A stretch of DNA of 63,091 nt, counting the filler. It is 7 parts of 7 records of this genome, joined end to end, with 100 filler letters (N's around TTAATTAATTAA, not from the genome) between each part and the next. Parts side by side here need not be neighbours in the genome. Positions count along the whole stretch, not along the records: positions 14,773 to 22,297 come from DRR723986_7456; positions 22,398 to 34,008 come from DRR723986_7458; 5 more parts are not named here. The stretch is one strand, 5' to 3'. The translations under genes were made by a program, and so were the position numbers. The notes beneath the pieces are model-generated. The model saw nothing but the letters and a program-made list of their open reading frames with translations. It did not search any database and was not told the origin of the DNA. Shown one piece after another: positions 18,476 through 28,000 of this stretch (its first letter is position 1; every line of letters begins with the position of its first letter).

Positions 18476-18608
18476 CTTCGCCCTGTCATCTCACCGTTGT
18501 GGCCGGGGTGGCCCAGCCTGCGCCGCGCCCGCCCCCGGGATCAAGCCCCCGCAAGGCACGGTCGCGCGGGGCTGGGTCCGAAAGGCCACGCCGTCGCCCC
18601 CGCCGGGA

Positions 18609-18771
18609 GCATATGCGCCGTCACGAACTGGACGCGGGTGCACCGTCGGGCCCCGGGCGCGGTGCGCCGTCACGACCCGGGCGCGGGCGCACCATCACGA
18701 CCCCGACGCGTATGCGCCATTACCAACTGGCGCATATGCGCCATCAGCCCCCGCGCACGGGTCCGCCGTCA
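18609..18771. repeat. Degenerate 24-25-bp tandem repeat, 7 units
   Basis: Core (T/C)GC(G/A)CC(G/A)TCA-like at 18614, 18639, 18663, 18688, 18713, 18737, 18762. Confidence 0.7.
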
Positions 18772-19563
18772 GGCCTTCGGGGTCGGGACGGCCACGACAC
18801 CCTCGCGCTCGAACATCAACCCGGCGGAGAGGAAGCCGCCATCGACGTTCACCGTCGTGCCGCTGACGTGCGAGGCCTCGTCCGAGGCGAGAAAGGCCAC
18901 CATGAAGGCGACCTCTTCGGGCGTGCCGTAGCGGCGCTGCGGGATCAGATAGTGATAGGCCTCGCGGGTCTTGGCGTCATGCTGTTCCACCGCCATCTGC
19001 GTCGCGATCGCGCCGGGGGCCACGTTGTTCACGAGGATGCCCTTGGCGGCCAGTTCCACCGACATGACCTTCGTCAGCAGTTCCAGCCCCGCCTTGGAGG
19101 CGCCATAGGCCGACCGCCCGATGCCGCCGCGCTGGCCGGAGAGAGAGGCGATGTTGATGATCCGCCCCGAGCCGTTCGGCAGCATGTGGCGCACCGCCGC
19201 CTGCGCGCAGAGGAAGGCGCCAATCAGGTTCACGCCGATGATCCGCTCCATGTCCTGTTTCGTGGTCTCCAGAAACAGCTTGGTCGTCGAGATGCCGGCG
19301 TTGTTCACGAGGATGTCCAGACCGCCGAAGGCCTCCACCGCCGTCTGCGCCAGCCTGTCCGCCTCTTCCTCGACCGATACATCGACGCGAAGGCCCACGG
19401 CCTTGCCGCCACCGTCGCGAATCGAGGCGGCGACCCGCTCGGCCGCCTCGCCGTCGATGTCGGAGACGACCACCGACGCACCCTTGGCGGACAGGGTCCG
19501 GGCGATGGCCTCTCCCATGCCGCGACCCGCGCCGGTGACGGTCGCTACCTTGTTGTTCAGCAT
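18769..19563 (-). CDS. Short-chain dehydrogenase/reductase
   Basis: TGAGRGMG, NNAG, YGASK; RBS GGAGGAG before ATG 19563. Confidence 0.92.
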   Translation of the reverse strand: MLNNKVATVTGAGRGMGEAIARTLSAKGASVVVSDIDGEAAERVAASIRDGGGKAVGLRVDVSVEEEADRLAQTAVEAFGGLDILVNNAGISTTKLFLETTKQDMERIIGVNLIGAFLCAQAAVRHMLPNGSGRIINIASLSGQRGGIGRSAYGASKAGLELLTKVMSVELAAKGILVNNVAPGAIATQMAVEQHDAKTREAYHYLIPQRRYGTPEEVAFMVAFLASDEASHVSGTTVNVDGGFLSAGLMFEREGVVAVPTPKA

Positions 19564-19628
19564 ATCGCTTCTCCTCCGAAGTCCCTTGGCGAGCCCGGCC
19601 CGAGCGCCGGGCCGCATCATCTGTCGCC

Positions 19629-19664
19629 TTGACACCGCTTTTATGAAATGTCACTGAAATGTCA
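19629..19664. promoter_or_regulatory. Divergent promoter region with TTGACA and tandem TGAAATGTCA boxes
   Basis: TTGACA at 19629; TGAAATGTCA at 19644 and 19655. Confidence 0.45.
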
Positions 19665-20568
19665 AGGGATGGGGATTCAGGAGGTCCCCGTCGCCGCCGC
19701 CGTCACCGCCGCCTCGGCGACGGTCGGGCCCATCGTGCCGCCCAGCATCCCGCTGGTGATCGTCGGCGCCGTCACCAACACCTCCATCTCGCAACTGCTG
19801 GTGGCGGGATTGCTGCCGGGCCTGCTGATGACCGCCGCCATGTGCCTGCTGGTCGCCTGGATCGGGCGCCGCGACAACCTGCCGACGCGGCCGCGCGCCA
19901 CGCTGCGCCATCTGGCCGTGACCTTCGCCCGCTCGGCGCCCGCGCTCTTCGCGCCGGTCCTGCTGGTCGGCGGCATCCTCATGGGCGTCTTCACCCCCAC
20001 CGAGGCCAGCGCCGTCGCCGCCGCCTATGCCATCCTCATCGCCTGCTTCTGGTACCGCGAACTGTCGCTGCGCGGCCTCTGCACCGTGCTGTGGCAAAGC
20101 GCCATGACCGTGGGCGCGATCTTCCTCATCATCGCGGGCGCGGCTGCCGTGTCGTGGCTGCTGACATGGCTGGGCGTGCCGCAATCGCTCGCCGCCAGCC
20201 TGTCGGGGCTGGCAGAGACGCCCGCCCTTCTGATGCTGGTCATGATCGGTTTCCTGCTGGTGATCGGCTGCTTTCTGGAAAGCAACGCCGCGCTGATCCT
20301 CGTCGCGCCGCTGCTGGTGCCCATCGGCCTGAGCGCCGGGTTCGACCCGGTCCACATGGGCACCGTCATGGTGCTGGTGCTGATGCTGGGGCTTGTCACC
20401 CCGCCGGTGGGGATGAACATGTTCATCGTCATGGCCATAGCGAAGATCTCTCTCCGGCACTACCTGCGCGCCATCTGGCCCTTCTTCGCGATCCTGCTGG
20501 TCGCCGTGCTGATCGTGGCCTTCGTGCCGGCCATCTCTCTGATCGTTCCGCAGATGCTGCTTCGCTGA
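19648..20568 (+). pseudogene. dctM: TRAP large permease DctM, N-terminally truncated
   Basis: Homology begins at the internal AAAVTAASATVGPIVPPSIP motif; GVFTPTEAS and GLVTPPVG present; no room for the N-terminal third or for dctPQ. Confidence 0.7.
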
Positions 20569-20575
20569 GGTCCCC

Positions 20576-21817
20576 ATGTCCCGCTTTTCCGCCGACTACA
20601 TCCTGCGCACGAAGGGCGACGCCGCCCGCACCGCCGAGATCGCGGCGGGAGAGCAGTCCTCCGGCACCTTCGTCGCCATTCCCGGCGAGGACGCGGCGCT
20701 GAAGGCGCGCTCTGCCGCCCGCGTCGAGGTGCTGGAGCAGATCGAGGACCCGGGCACCCCGGAGCAGACCGGCAGCGCCGGTGACGGGCCGGTGACCTCG
20801 TGGCGGCTGCGGATTTCGTGGCCGCTGGAGACCATCGGCCCCTTGCTGCCCAACCTCGTGGCCACCGTAGCGGGCAACCTGTCGGAACTGAAGCAGGTCG
20901 CGGGGCTGAAGATCACCGCGCTGGATCTGCCGGAGGCCTTCCTGACAGCCTACCCCGGCCCCGCCTTCGGGATCGAGGGCACGCGCCGCCTGACCGGCGT
21001 GACCGACGGCCCGCTGATCGGCACCATCGTCAAGCCCTCGGTCGGGCTGACGCCCGAAGGCACCGCCGCGCTGGTGGATGAACTGTGCGCCGGGGGCATC
21101 GACTTCATCAAGGACGACGAGTTGCAGGCGGACGGGCCCTTCTGCACCTTCGAAGAGCGGTTCGCCCGCGTCATGGACGTGATCGACCGCCACACGGACC
21201 GGCTGGGCCGCCGCGTCATGTACGCGGTCAACATCACCGGCGAGGTCGACGAGATGAAGCGGCGCCACGACATCGTGGCCGCGCGCGGCGGCACCTGCGT
21301 CATGGCCAGCCTGAACTCGGTCGGGCTGGCGGGGCTGACGGCGCTGCGGCGGCACGCCTCGGTTCCGATCCATGCCCATCGCAACGGCTGGGGGATGCTG
21401 GGCCGTCCTTCGGACAGCGGCTGGACCTATCCGGCGTGGGCGACGCTCTGGCGGGTGGCGGGGGTGGACCACATGCACGTGAACGGCATCGCCAACAAGT
21501 TCTGGGAGCCGGACGAAAGCTCCATAGCCTCGGCCCGGGCCTGCCTGACGCCGTTGCACCCGGATCACCCGCGCAGGGTCATGCCGGTGTTCTCCTCCGG
21601 GCAGACCGTGCTGCAGGCAGAGCCGACCTTCCGCGCCATAGGCACGACCGATCTGATCTTCTGCGCGGGGGGCGGCGTGGTGGCGCATCCGGATGGCGTG
21701 GCGGCGGGCGTCCACGCGCTGCGCGCCGCGTGGGAGGCCGCCGTGACCGGCATCCCGCTGGAAACCGCCGCGCGCGACGACGCAAGGCTGGCGGCGGCGG
21801 TTCGCGCCTTCGGCTGA
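20576..21817 (+). CDS. RuBisCO-like protein (form IV), OiaX-like
   Basis: GEQSSGTF, GTIVKPSVGL, GIDFIKDDE, IHAHRNG, PVFSSG, AGGGVVAHP. Confidence 0.88.
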   Translation: MSRFSADYILRTKGDAARTAEIAAGEQSSGTFVAIPGEDAALKARSAARVEVLEQIEDPGTPEQTGSAGDGPVTSWRLRISWPLETIGPLLPNLVATVAGNLSELKQVAGLKITALDLPEAFLTAYPGPAFGIEGTRRLTGVTDGPLIGTIVKPSVGLTPEGTAALVDELCAGGIDFIKDDELQADGPFCTFEERFARVMDVIDRHTDRLGRRVMYAVNITGEVDEMKRRHDIVAARGGTCVMASLNSVGLAGLTALRRHASVPIHAHRNGWGMLGRPSDSGWTYPAWATLWRVAGVDHMHVNGIANKFWEPDESSIASARACLTPLHPDHPRRVMPVFSSGQTVLQAEPTFRAIGTTDLIFCAGGGVVAHPDGVAAGVHALRAAWEAAVTGIPLETAARDDARLAAAVRAFG

Positions 21818-21930
21818 CGGTCTGCAAGCCTTCCGCCCTTACCTGAAGGTCCGCCCGCCGACGGACCCGTCCAGGGCCCCTGCCCCGGCAAGGCCGGACT
21901 CCCCCCGATGCACGGCCCCACCGGAGCGCG

Positions 21931-22297
21931 TCAGGCGCAGGCGCGGGCCCGGGCGCGCAGGATCTCGCAGAACTCCAGCGCGGCGGGCTCCAGCGGCTCC
22001 TTGCGCCGCGTCACAAGGCCGAACCCGGACAGGCGGATCTCTGGCCGGATGTCCAGCACCGTGAAAAGGCCCGCCTGCCGATGCGCCTCGACCGCGGCGC
22101 GCGGCAAGAGCGCCACCGCCTGCGCTTCCTGCACGAGGTTCAGGATCAACAGGATCGACGAGCATTCGATCGTGTCCGCGGGTCTCCGCAGGCCCGCACG
22201 GTCGAAGGCGGCGTCCAGCACCTGCCGCGTCGGGTTGCTTGCGGGCTGCATGGCCCACGGGCAGGCTTGCAGATCCTCGAGCCGGCGCGCGCCCGTC
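21931..22297 (-). CDS. LysR regulator substrate-binding domain (partial)
   Basis: TRQVLDAAF...IECSSI...VALLP pattern; cut by contig end. Confidence 0.75.
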
Positions 22298-22397
22298 NNN
22301 NNNNNNNNNNNNNNNNNNNNNNNNNNNNNNNNNNNNNNNNNTTAATTAATTAANNNNNNNNNNNNNNNNNNNNNNNNNNNNNNNNNNNNNNNNNNNN
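22298..22397. other. Artificial contig linker
   Basis: N-run + TTAATTAATTAA + N-run. Confidence 0.98.
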
Positions 22398-22803
22398 TCT
22401 GGGCAGCATGTATTGGGACAAACGCGGGCTGGAAAGCGTGCACATGCGCATCCTGTCCTGCGCACAGGTCAACAACGCGCGGGCGCTTGGATCTTGGCTG
22501 TCCTATGACGATCTGATCCAACTGGTGCAGCGGTCTATCGACACCCCCGTGACGGGCTTTAGCGTCGTTTACGGCGTGTCAAACAATGACCGCGTGCCGG
22601 TGGACAATGCCAAGGCGTCTTTCCTCGGTTACCGCCCCAAAGACAACGCCGAACAATTTGCCGAACAGGTGCTTGCCGACACCCCGCCCATGGACAACCA
22701 AGACCCCGGCAACATGTGCCACGGCGGTCCGTTTGCCTCGGTTGAACTGGGCAACAGCGGTGTGGCGTCGATGAACATTGTGAACGACAAAAAAGAAACC
22801 TGA
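22398..22803 (+). CDS. NAD-dependent epimerase/uronate dehydrogenase-like (C-terminal part)
   Basis: WLSYDD, VVYGVSNN, LGYRPKDNAE, HGGPF. Confidence 0.75.
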
Positions 22804-22814
22804 AGGAGGATAAC

Positions 22815-23522
22815 ATGACAGATATCAAAGTCGCATTGATCACGGCAGGCGGAAGCGGCATGGGCGCCGACAGCGCCCGCGCATTGGCTGCTGATGGGTA
22901 TAAAGTCGGGATCCTGTCCTCTTCCGGCAAGGGCGAGGCACTGGCGCAAGAATTGGGCGGGATCGGGATCACTGGCACCAATAAATCCAATGATGATCTG
23001 CAAAAGCTGGTCGATCTGGCGATGGAGAAATGGGGCCGCATTGACACCTTGGTCAATTCTGCTGGCCATGGCCCTCGGGCACCCGTGCTTGAGCTAACCG
23101 ATGACGACTGGCACGAAGGGATGGAGGTCTATTTCCTAAATGCGGTGCGTCCGTCGCGTTTGGTCACTCCGATCATGCAAAAACAAGGTGGCGGCGCGAT
23201 CATCAACATCTCAACCTTTGCTGCGTTCGAGCCCAATCCGGTGTTTCCAACGTCAGGCGTTATGCGGGCCGGGCTTGCCGCCTTTAGCAAGCTTTTTGCC
23301 GATAAATATGCCGCTGAGAACATTCGTATGAACAATGTCTTGCCCGGCTTTATCGACAGCCTGCCGGAAAAAGAGGAGTTCCGTTCGATGATCCCGATGG
23401 GACGATACGGCAATTCGCTAAGCGAGATTGCCAGCGTGGTCGCGTTCCTTGCCTCACCCGGCGGGGCCTATATCACCGGCCAGAATATCCGCGTTGATGG
23501 CGGCATTACGCGTTCGGTTTGA
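22815..23522 (+). CDS. SDR oxidoreductase (atypical)
   Basis: TAGGSGMG, VNSAG, ITGQNIRVDGG; RBS AGGAGG. Confidence 0.88.
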   Translation: MTDIKVALITAGGSGMGADSARALAADGYKVGILSSSGKGEALAQELGGIGITGTNKSNDDLQKLVDLAMEKWGRIDTLVNSAGHGPRAPVLELTDDDWHEGMEVYFLNAVRPSRLVTPIMQKQGGGAIINISTFAAFEPNPVFPTSGVMRAGLAAFSKLFADKYAAENIRMNNVLPGFIDSLPEKEEFRSMIPMGRYGNSLSEIASVVAFLASPGGAYITGQNIRVDGGITRSV

Positions 23523-23578
23523 GCAGCACTTGCGCGATAATGAAGCAAAGGGCCACCCCCTGGAGCGGACCTTTTCGT

Positions 23579-24706
23579 TTAATCCTGATGAACTGTCGTC
23601 CCAAAGGACGAGGGCAAGGTCACCTCGATCAGCTCGCAATCGTCTGACGGTTTGACATAGCGGGTCTTCAGGAACGGCGGCAGGACAAAGGCATCCCCCG
23701 CGACCAGATCATGGGTTTTGCGGCCCTCGCTGTCGGCCTCAAGGGTCAGGCTGCCCTCTTTGACAAAGGTGAACAGGATGTCGGTGTCATGGCTGGTCCA
23801 AGCGCCCTGCGCATCCGTGCCGGGGCGGCTGACCTGTACCCCTGCAATGCCGCGGGTGGCCGCGCCAATGCCTGTATCCCGCGCCTCCCATCCCGGAACG
23901 CGCCATGGGGTCCATGCTGCCTGATCCTCGCGGTGATGCACGAACTTGGTGCCGTCCCACTCCCGATCGGGGTTCGCGGGGCCGTTGGGCAGCTCCATCT
24001 CGTGATCAATGGTGGTGATATGTTCGGCAGGCACGCCGATCTCCAGCACCTCGACATTGTCAGATGCCTCAAGCACCCGGTGGCGGATCTGCGGCGGCTG
24101 GATCACGCAATTGCCCGCCTCAAGGATGAACGGGTCGCCATAGTCTTCATAGACCAGCCGCACCCAGCCGCGATAACAAAAGATCAGCTGAAATCCGACG
24201 GTGTGATAATGCACCATATCCGGCACCGGCCCGCCATCGGGAATGCGGATGTGACTGGCGATGATCGACCCGCCCAGACGATCCGTGATCAAATCGCGAT
24301 ACCGCATGCCCGCCCGCCCGATGATCCAGCTGTCGCTGTCGGCCAAGCGGCGCACCATGAAGGAATGTTGCGTCTCGGGGATCACCAGCGGCGGATTGGC
24401 ATCCTGTATCTCGACCTGATTGCCATTGGGTGAGGTCACAATCGCGCCCACACCGCCCAGATCATCCGGCGCATCGCAATAAAGCACCACCTTGCCCGGC
24501 GCGACCTCTGCGCCGCGTTCCAGCCGCAGCCGCAGGCCATGTCCAGAAATCACCGCCACAGCCGGATCATCGGCAGGATAGATCGTGTCCAGCCGGAAGC
24601 CCAACTGGCCAAGGAAAAACGGCATCTCGGTTTTCAGGTCTTGGACAGGCAGGACCAGTTCGGCGCTTCGGATCGCCTCGGGGGTGAGTTTTGTTTCGGC
24701 GTTCAT
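23579..24706 (-). CDS. VOC-like + two-cupin-domain protein
   Basis: N-terminal FFLGQLGFR VOC-like part; GRAGMRYRDL, VHYH, QPPQIRH cupin; second cupin GDAFVLPP. Confidence 0.7.
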   Translation of the reverse strand: MNAETKLTPEAIRSAELVLPVQDLKTEMPFFLGQLGFRLDTIYPADDPAVAVISGHGLRLRLERGAEVAPGKVVLYCDAPDDLGGVGAIVTSPNGNQVEIQDANPPLVIPETQHSFMVRRLADSDSWIIGRAGMRYRDLITDRLGGSIIASHIRIPDGGPVPDMVHYHTVGFQLIFCYRGWVRLVYEDYGDPFILEAGNCVIQPPQIRHRVLEASDNVEVLEIGVPAEHITTIDHEMELPNGPANPDREWDGTKFVHHREDQAAWTPWRVPGWEARDTGIGAATRGIAGVQVSRPGTDAQGAWTSHDTDILFTFVKEGSLTLEADSEGRKTHDLVAGDAFVLPPFLKTRYVKPSDDCELIEVTLPSSFGTTVHQD

Positions 24707-24718
24707 TTGGATGGCCTT

Positions 24719-25357
24719 TCAGGAGGAGGAAGAGGAAACAGGCGCAGCATCGCCCAGATCAGGTTCGGAGGAATTGACCACCAGAATACGTGCGGGCGCA
24801 CCATCGGGCGTGAGATAGGCATGCGCCATGCCCGCGTCGAAATAGATGGAATCTCCGGCGTTCAGGCGCAGGGGGGCGTAATGCTCTGAATGCAGGACAA
24901 GCACGCCCTCCATCACCAGCAGGAACTCTTCGCCGCTGTGACTGGCCATGCCGCCCACTTGATCCAGCGCGGTGGCGGTCACAACATCAATGGCCGGGTG
25001 CATCTTCTTGTTCGACAGATCGGCACCCAAAACGGTGGAGGTGAACCGCGCCGTGTCAATCTGGCGGCCCTCACCGGCGCGGGACACTGATCTTATGCCG
25101 CTGCGGATCGGATGGGCGGCAGGTTCATAGAATGCGGTGATATCCACATTCAACGCCTGGCTGAGGATATAAAGATTATGGGCCGAGACCAGCGTTTGAG
25201 CGTTCTCCACGCGGGACAGGGTCGCATCCGAGATACCGGTGACCGCCGCAAGCCTTGCCAGAGAATACCCCTGCGCCATGCGAAATTCGCGCAGCCGTGC
25301 GCCAATGCAAAGATCGGTCTCGTCTGTTGGTGGTCTGTCCAGTTGTGCCACAAGCAT
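24719..25357 (-). CDS. XRE-HTH + cupin regulator
   Basis: IGARLREFR...ISDATLSRVEN; HSGEEF, GDSIYFDAGMAH. Confidence 0.88.
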   Translation of the reverse strand: MLVAQLDRPPTDETDLCIGARLREFRMAQGYSLARLAAVTGISDATLSRVENAQTLVSAHNLYILSQALNVDITAFYEPAAHPIRSGIRSVSRAGEGRQIDTARFTSTVLGADLSNKKMHPAIDVVTATALDQVGGMASHSGEEFLLVMEGVLVLHSEHYAPLRLNAGDSIYFDAGMAHAYLTPDGAPARILVVNSSEPDLGDAAPVSSSSS

Positions 25358-25423
25358 CCCCTTCCGGTTTGGAGGGATCATTACACATCTGTAATGATTT
25401 TGCAATACTGAGGGCGTGGGGCG

Positions 25424-28000
25424 CTATTGGCTTTCTGCGTTCCGCATGATCTGGGCGATGGATTGCAGGATGATCGCATTGGTGTTGATGTCGGCATAGG
25501 TCGCCGTCGCTTTGCCTGTCTCGCGATAGATGCTGGAGGCAAAGCCATTGTCCGTCCGCGCCCGTTGGCGCACATAGTCCACCAACAGATCGCAATAATC
25601 GTGGTTCTTGTAAGCCGCCCAAAGGTAAGCGGCCTTGGAACTGACCACATGGTTTTTCTTGCGGAACTCGGGGGAGCGGTGTTCGGGCAGGCTGGCGACT
25701 GTGTCGGTGGCCCAGATCCGCCCAGGCGCGTCAAACTGGATTCCTTGATAGGTAAACCAAGGTGCGCGGTCGATAGGCCCCTCGGACACACAGGTCAGGT
25801 TGCCGGTTTCGTCATATTCCTCTAGTTGCGCGGCAAAAAGCACATCCGCAAGGTATTCCGATTCTGGTGACATCCCCAATTCAATCGCTTCGAGCAGCAG
25901 CGGTTCTGCCCCCATCGGCCCGATGTGACCGCCCACTTCCAACAGGGCAATCCGGCCATCCGTTTCACTTTTGCCGTCAAGCACCTCATAGGGCGAGCGA
26001 ACCTCAAGCCCCCAGGTGCGAAAGGCCCAAGCCGCGTAATGGGCACAATGCGAGCGGTAAGTCGTGGTCTCGACTCCATCGGTCACGTTGTAAATCACGC
26101 CATCCTTGATCACCTTGTCCAGATCCCAGGATCGCACGGTTGGCTCAGCCCGGTCCTTGGTGGCGCTGTGGGTGTCCAGATTGTAAAGCGCGGCCATGAG
26201 CCGTCCGGCATCGCAACCATCAAAATCCTTGACGCCCCATTTGATCCTGTCCGTGGCGATCCACCCCTGCGGCAGCAAACGTCCCTGCGATTTGCGGCCC
26301 GCGATGTTGGGCAGGATTTTGCGGATAGCGGTTTGAAACGCCTTGTCGGTGATCAGCGACAGTTCGTTGGCGGCGACCAATGCGTTGATCTGGCTGCCTA
26401 CGTCCCACATCGTGACAGCTTCGTGCAGGGTGGAGCCGCTGCCGGAGAAATTGACCGTTGCCGGGCATAGGCCGGTCCGCCGGTTGGTCCATTTCTCAAA
26501 ATAGCGCCAGGCGGTCTTGGCGTCTTCCATCAGTTGCGCGTGACTTTGACGGCCCTGCGCCCGATCAGATCCACGGGCGCGACCCGCATAGGCAGCTGTC
26601 CGGCGAAAGTGGTTCAGGTAGGCATCGGTTGGGGTAATCCCGCGCACATATTCGGGCAAGGTCACAGGACGGGTGATCCCGTCGTCGGCCAATCTCAGCA
26701 GAGCCTGCTTCAGGATTTTCCGCTGCGGTGCGTTTTGCAGCACCTGATCGGAGATCAGGACGGTGAAATCTTCGGTGCCATATTCGCCGCGGTCCAGTTC
26801 AGCCAATTGGCCGGGGTTACGGATGATCTCTGCGGGGACAACCATGGTGTTGGCTTCGGTGATCCCGGCGGCATGTGCGGTGCCGCGCGGGCGAAATTCT
26901 ACCCCCATGCCAAAGCTGTTGCGATCCGCGTTCAGCGCGGCAGGGTCGAGTGTGGCAGAACCGGCAAGGTAGTGCTGCACCGGCAGGATCGGCAGCACCG
27001 CTTTGGTGCGCTGAATATCAATCCAATAGCCGGTGCCGTCACGATCTGTCTGGCCCGTCTCAACCGCCTCACCAAAGCTGGAGGGCAGGCCGGCATTCAG
27101 CAGATCAAGCCGGAAATCAGTGAGGATGGCACGTTCCACGGCCGTTGATCCGGGGGTGGCCATGAAATGCAATGCCATTTTGCGGTTGTAGCTGTAAGCA
27201 TCGCGGAATTGTACATCGGAGGCGAGGATCGGGCTGACCCATGTGTCGCCATCGGGCTGCATCACAGCATTGGCAAATTGCGCGGCAAGGTCGGGCAACT
27301 CAGCAGCAGGAAGGGCAGCCAGATCTGTTGCGCTGAGGTACAAAACACGCTCGCCGGGGTTGGCCGGATCATTTTGCAGCTGCGTGGCGGTGTCGGTCAG
27401 ATGCACCCGCTTGCCACCGATCAGACGCACAACGCCGTTGTCCCAAGCCTGAGATTGCACAGCTGCGCTGGCGTTTGCAGCCGGGCGCATCAGGACATTG
27501 CGGATACCGCTGGTCCGCACGCCGGTGGGGGGCAGCGCGTTTTCGGCCATGTCGCAGGCCACAGCACGAGGGCGGAACCCTGCGGACTGGCCGTCGCGAT
27601 CGCCCCAAAGGGCATCAAACAGGCGGTGCTGCGCGTCATAGGCGTCGCGGGATTGGAAATGCGCGGTCCGGTTGGCCAGATCGGGGAGCACAGGCAAGAG
27701 GTCGATCAATCCGGGCAACCGTCCCCGCATATCACGCAGCAGGGCCGCCACCGGATGATCCGCACGCAGCGGACCTGCCTCAGGATGTGCCGTTTCAACA
27801 ATGCAGCTGATTGGCACACCCAGACGGATCAACCCGTCCATCGTCGCCGAAAGCCTGTCCGCGTCACTGGCCGCCGAGATACCGTCAATCACAACAATCG
27901 TATTGCGCGATTTGCTGAGCGCCTGTGCCATGGTGCCGGGCAGAACCAAGGCCAGCGGCAGGGCGCTGCTTGCTTTTAGAAAACTGCGGCGGTTCATCAT
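25424..28000 (-). CDS. Tat-exported DUF3131-domain protein
   Basis: NRRSFLK twin-arginine signal; AKTAWRYFE, TMWDVGS, DAGRL, SEGPID, SSKAAY, NTNAIIL. Confidence 0.75.
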   Translation of the reverse strand: MMNRRSFLKASSALPLALVLPGTMAQALSKSRNTIVVIDGISAASDADRLSATMDGLIRLGVPISCIVETAHPEAGPLRADHPVAALLRDMRGRLPGLIDLLPVLPDLANRTAHFQSRDAYDAQHRLFDALWGDRDGQSAGFRPRAVACDMAENALPPTGVRTSGIRNVLMRPAANASAAVQSQAWDNGVVRLIGGKRVHLTDTATQLQNDPANPGERVLYLSATDLAALPAAELPDLAAQFANAVMQPDGDTWVSPILASDVQFRDAYSYNRKMALHFMATPGSTAVERAILTDFRLDLLNAGLPSSFGEAVETGQTDRDGTGYWIDIQRTKAVLPILPVQHYLAGSATLDPAALNADRNSFGMGVEFRPRGTAHAAGITEANTMVVPAEIIRNPGQLAELDRGEYGTEDFTVLISDQVLQNAPQRKILKQALLRLADDGITRPVTLPEYVRGITPTDAYLNHFRRTAAYAGRARGSDRAQGRQSHAQLMEDAKTAWRYFEKWTNRRTGLCPATVNFSGSGSTLHEAVTMWDVGSQINALVAANELSLITDKAFQTAIRKILPNIAGRKSQGRLLPQGWIATDRIKWGVKDFDGCDAGRLMAALYNLDTHSATKDRAEPTVRSWDLDKVIKDGVIYNVTDGVETTTYRSHCAHYAAWAFRTWGLEVRSPYEVLDGKSETDGRIALLEVGGHIGPMGAEPLLLEAIELGMSPESEYLADVLFAAQLEEYDETGNLTCVSEGPIDRAPWFTYQGIQFDAPGRIWATDTVASLPEHRSPEFRKKNHVVSSKAAYLWAAYKNHDYCDLLVDYVRQRARTDNGFASSIYRETGKATATYADINTNAIILQSIAQIMRNAESQ

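Noticed and set aside
17558-19657. Long overlapping Arg/Pro/Gly-rich ORFs
   Set aside because: Antisense or off-frame shadows of gntR and SDR, expected at this GC content
20576-21817. Calvin-cycle RuBisCO / autotrophy
   Set aside because: Sequence is form IV-like and there are no rbcS, prk or cbb genes
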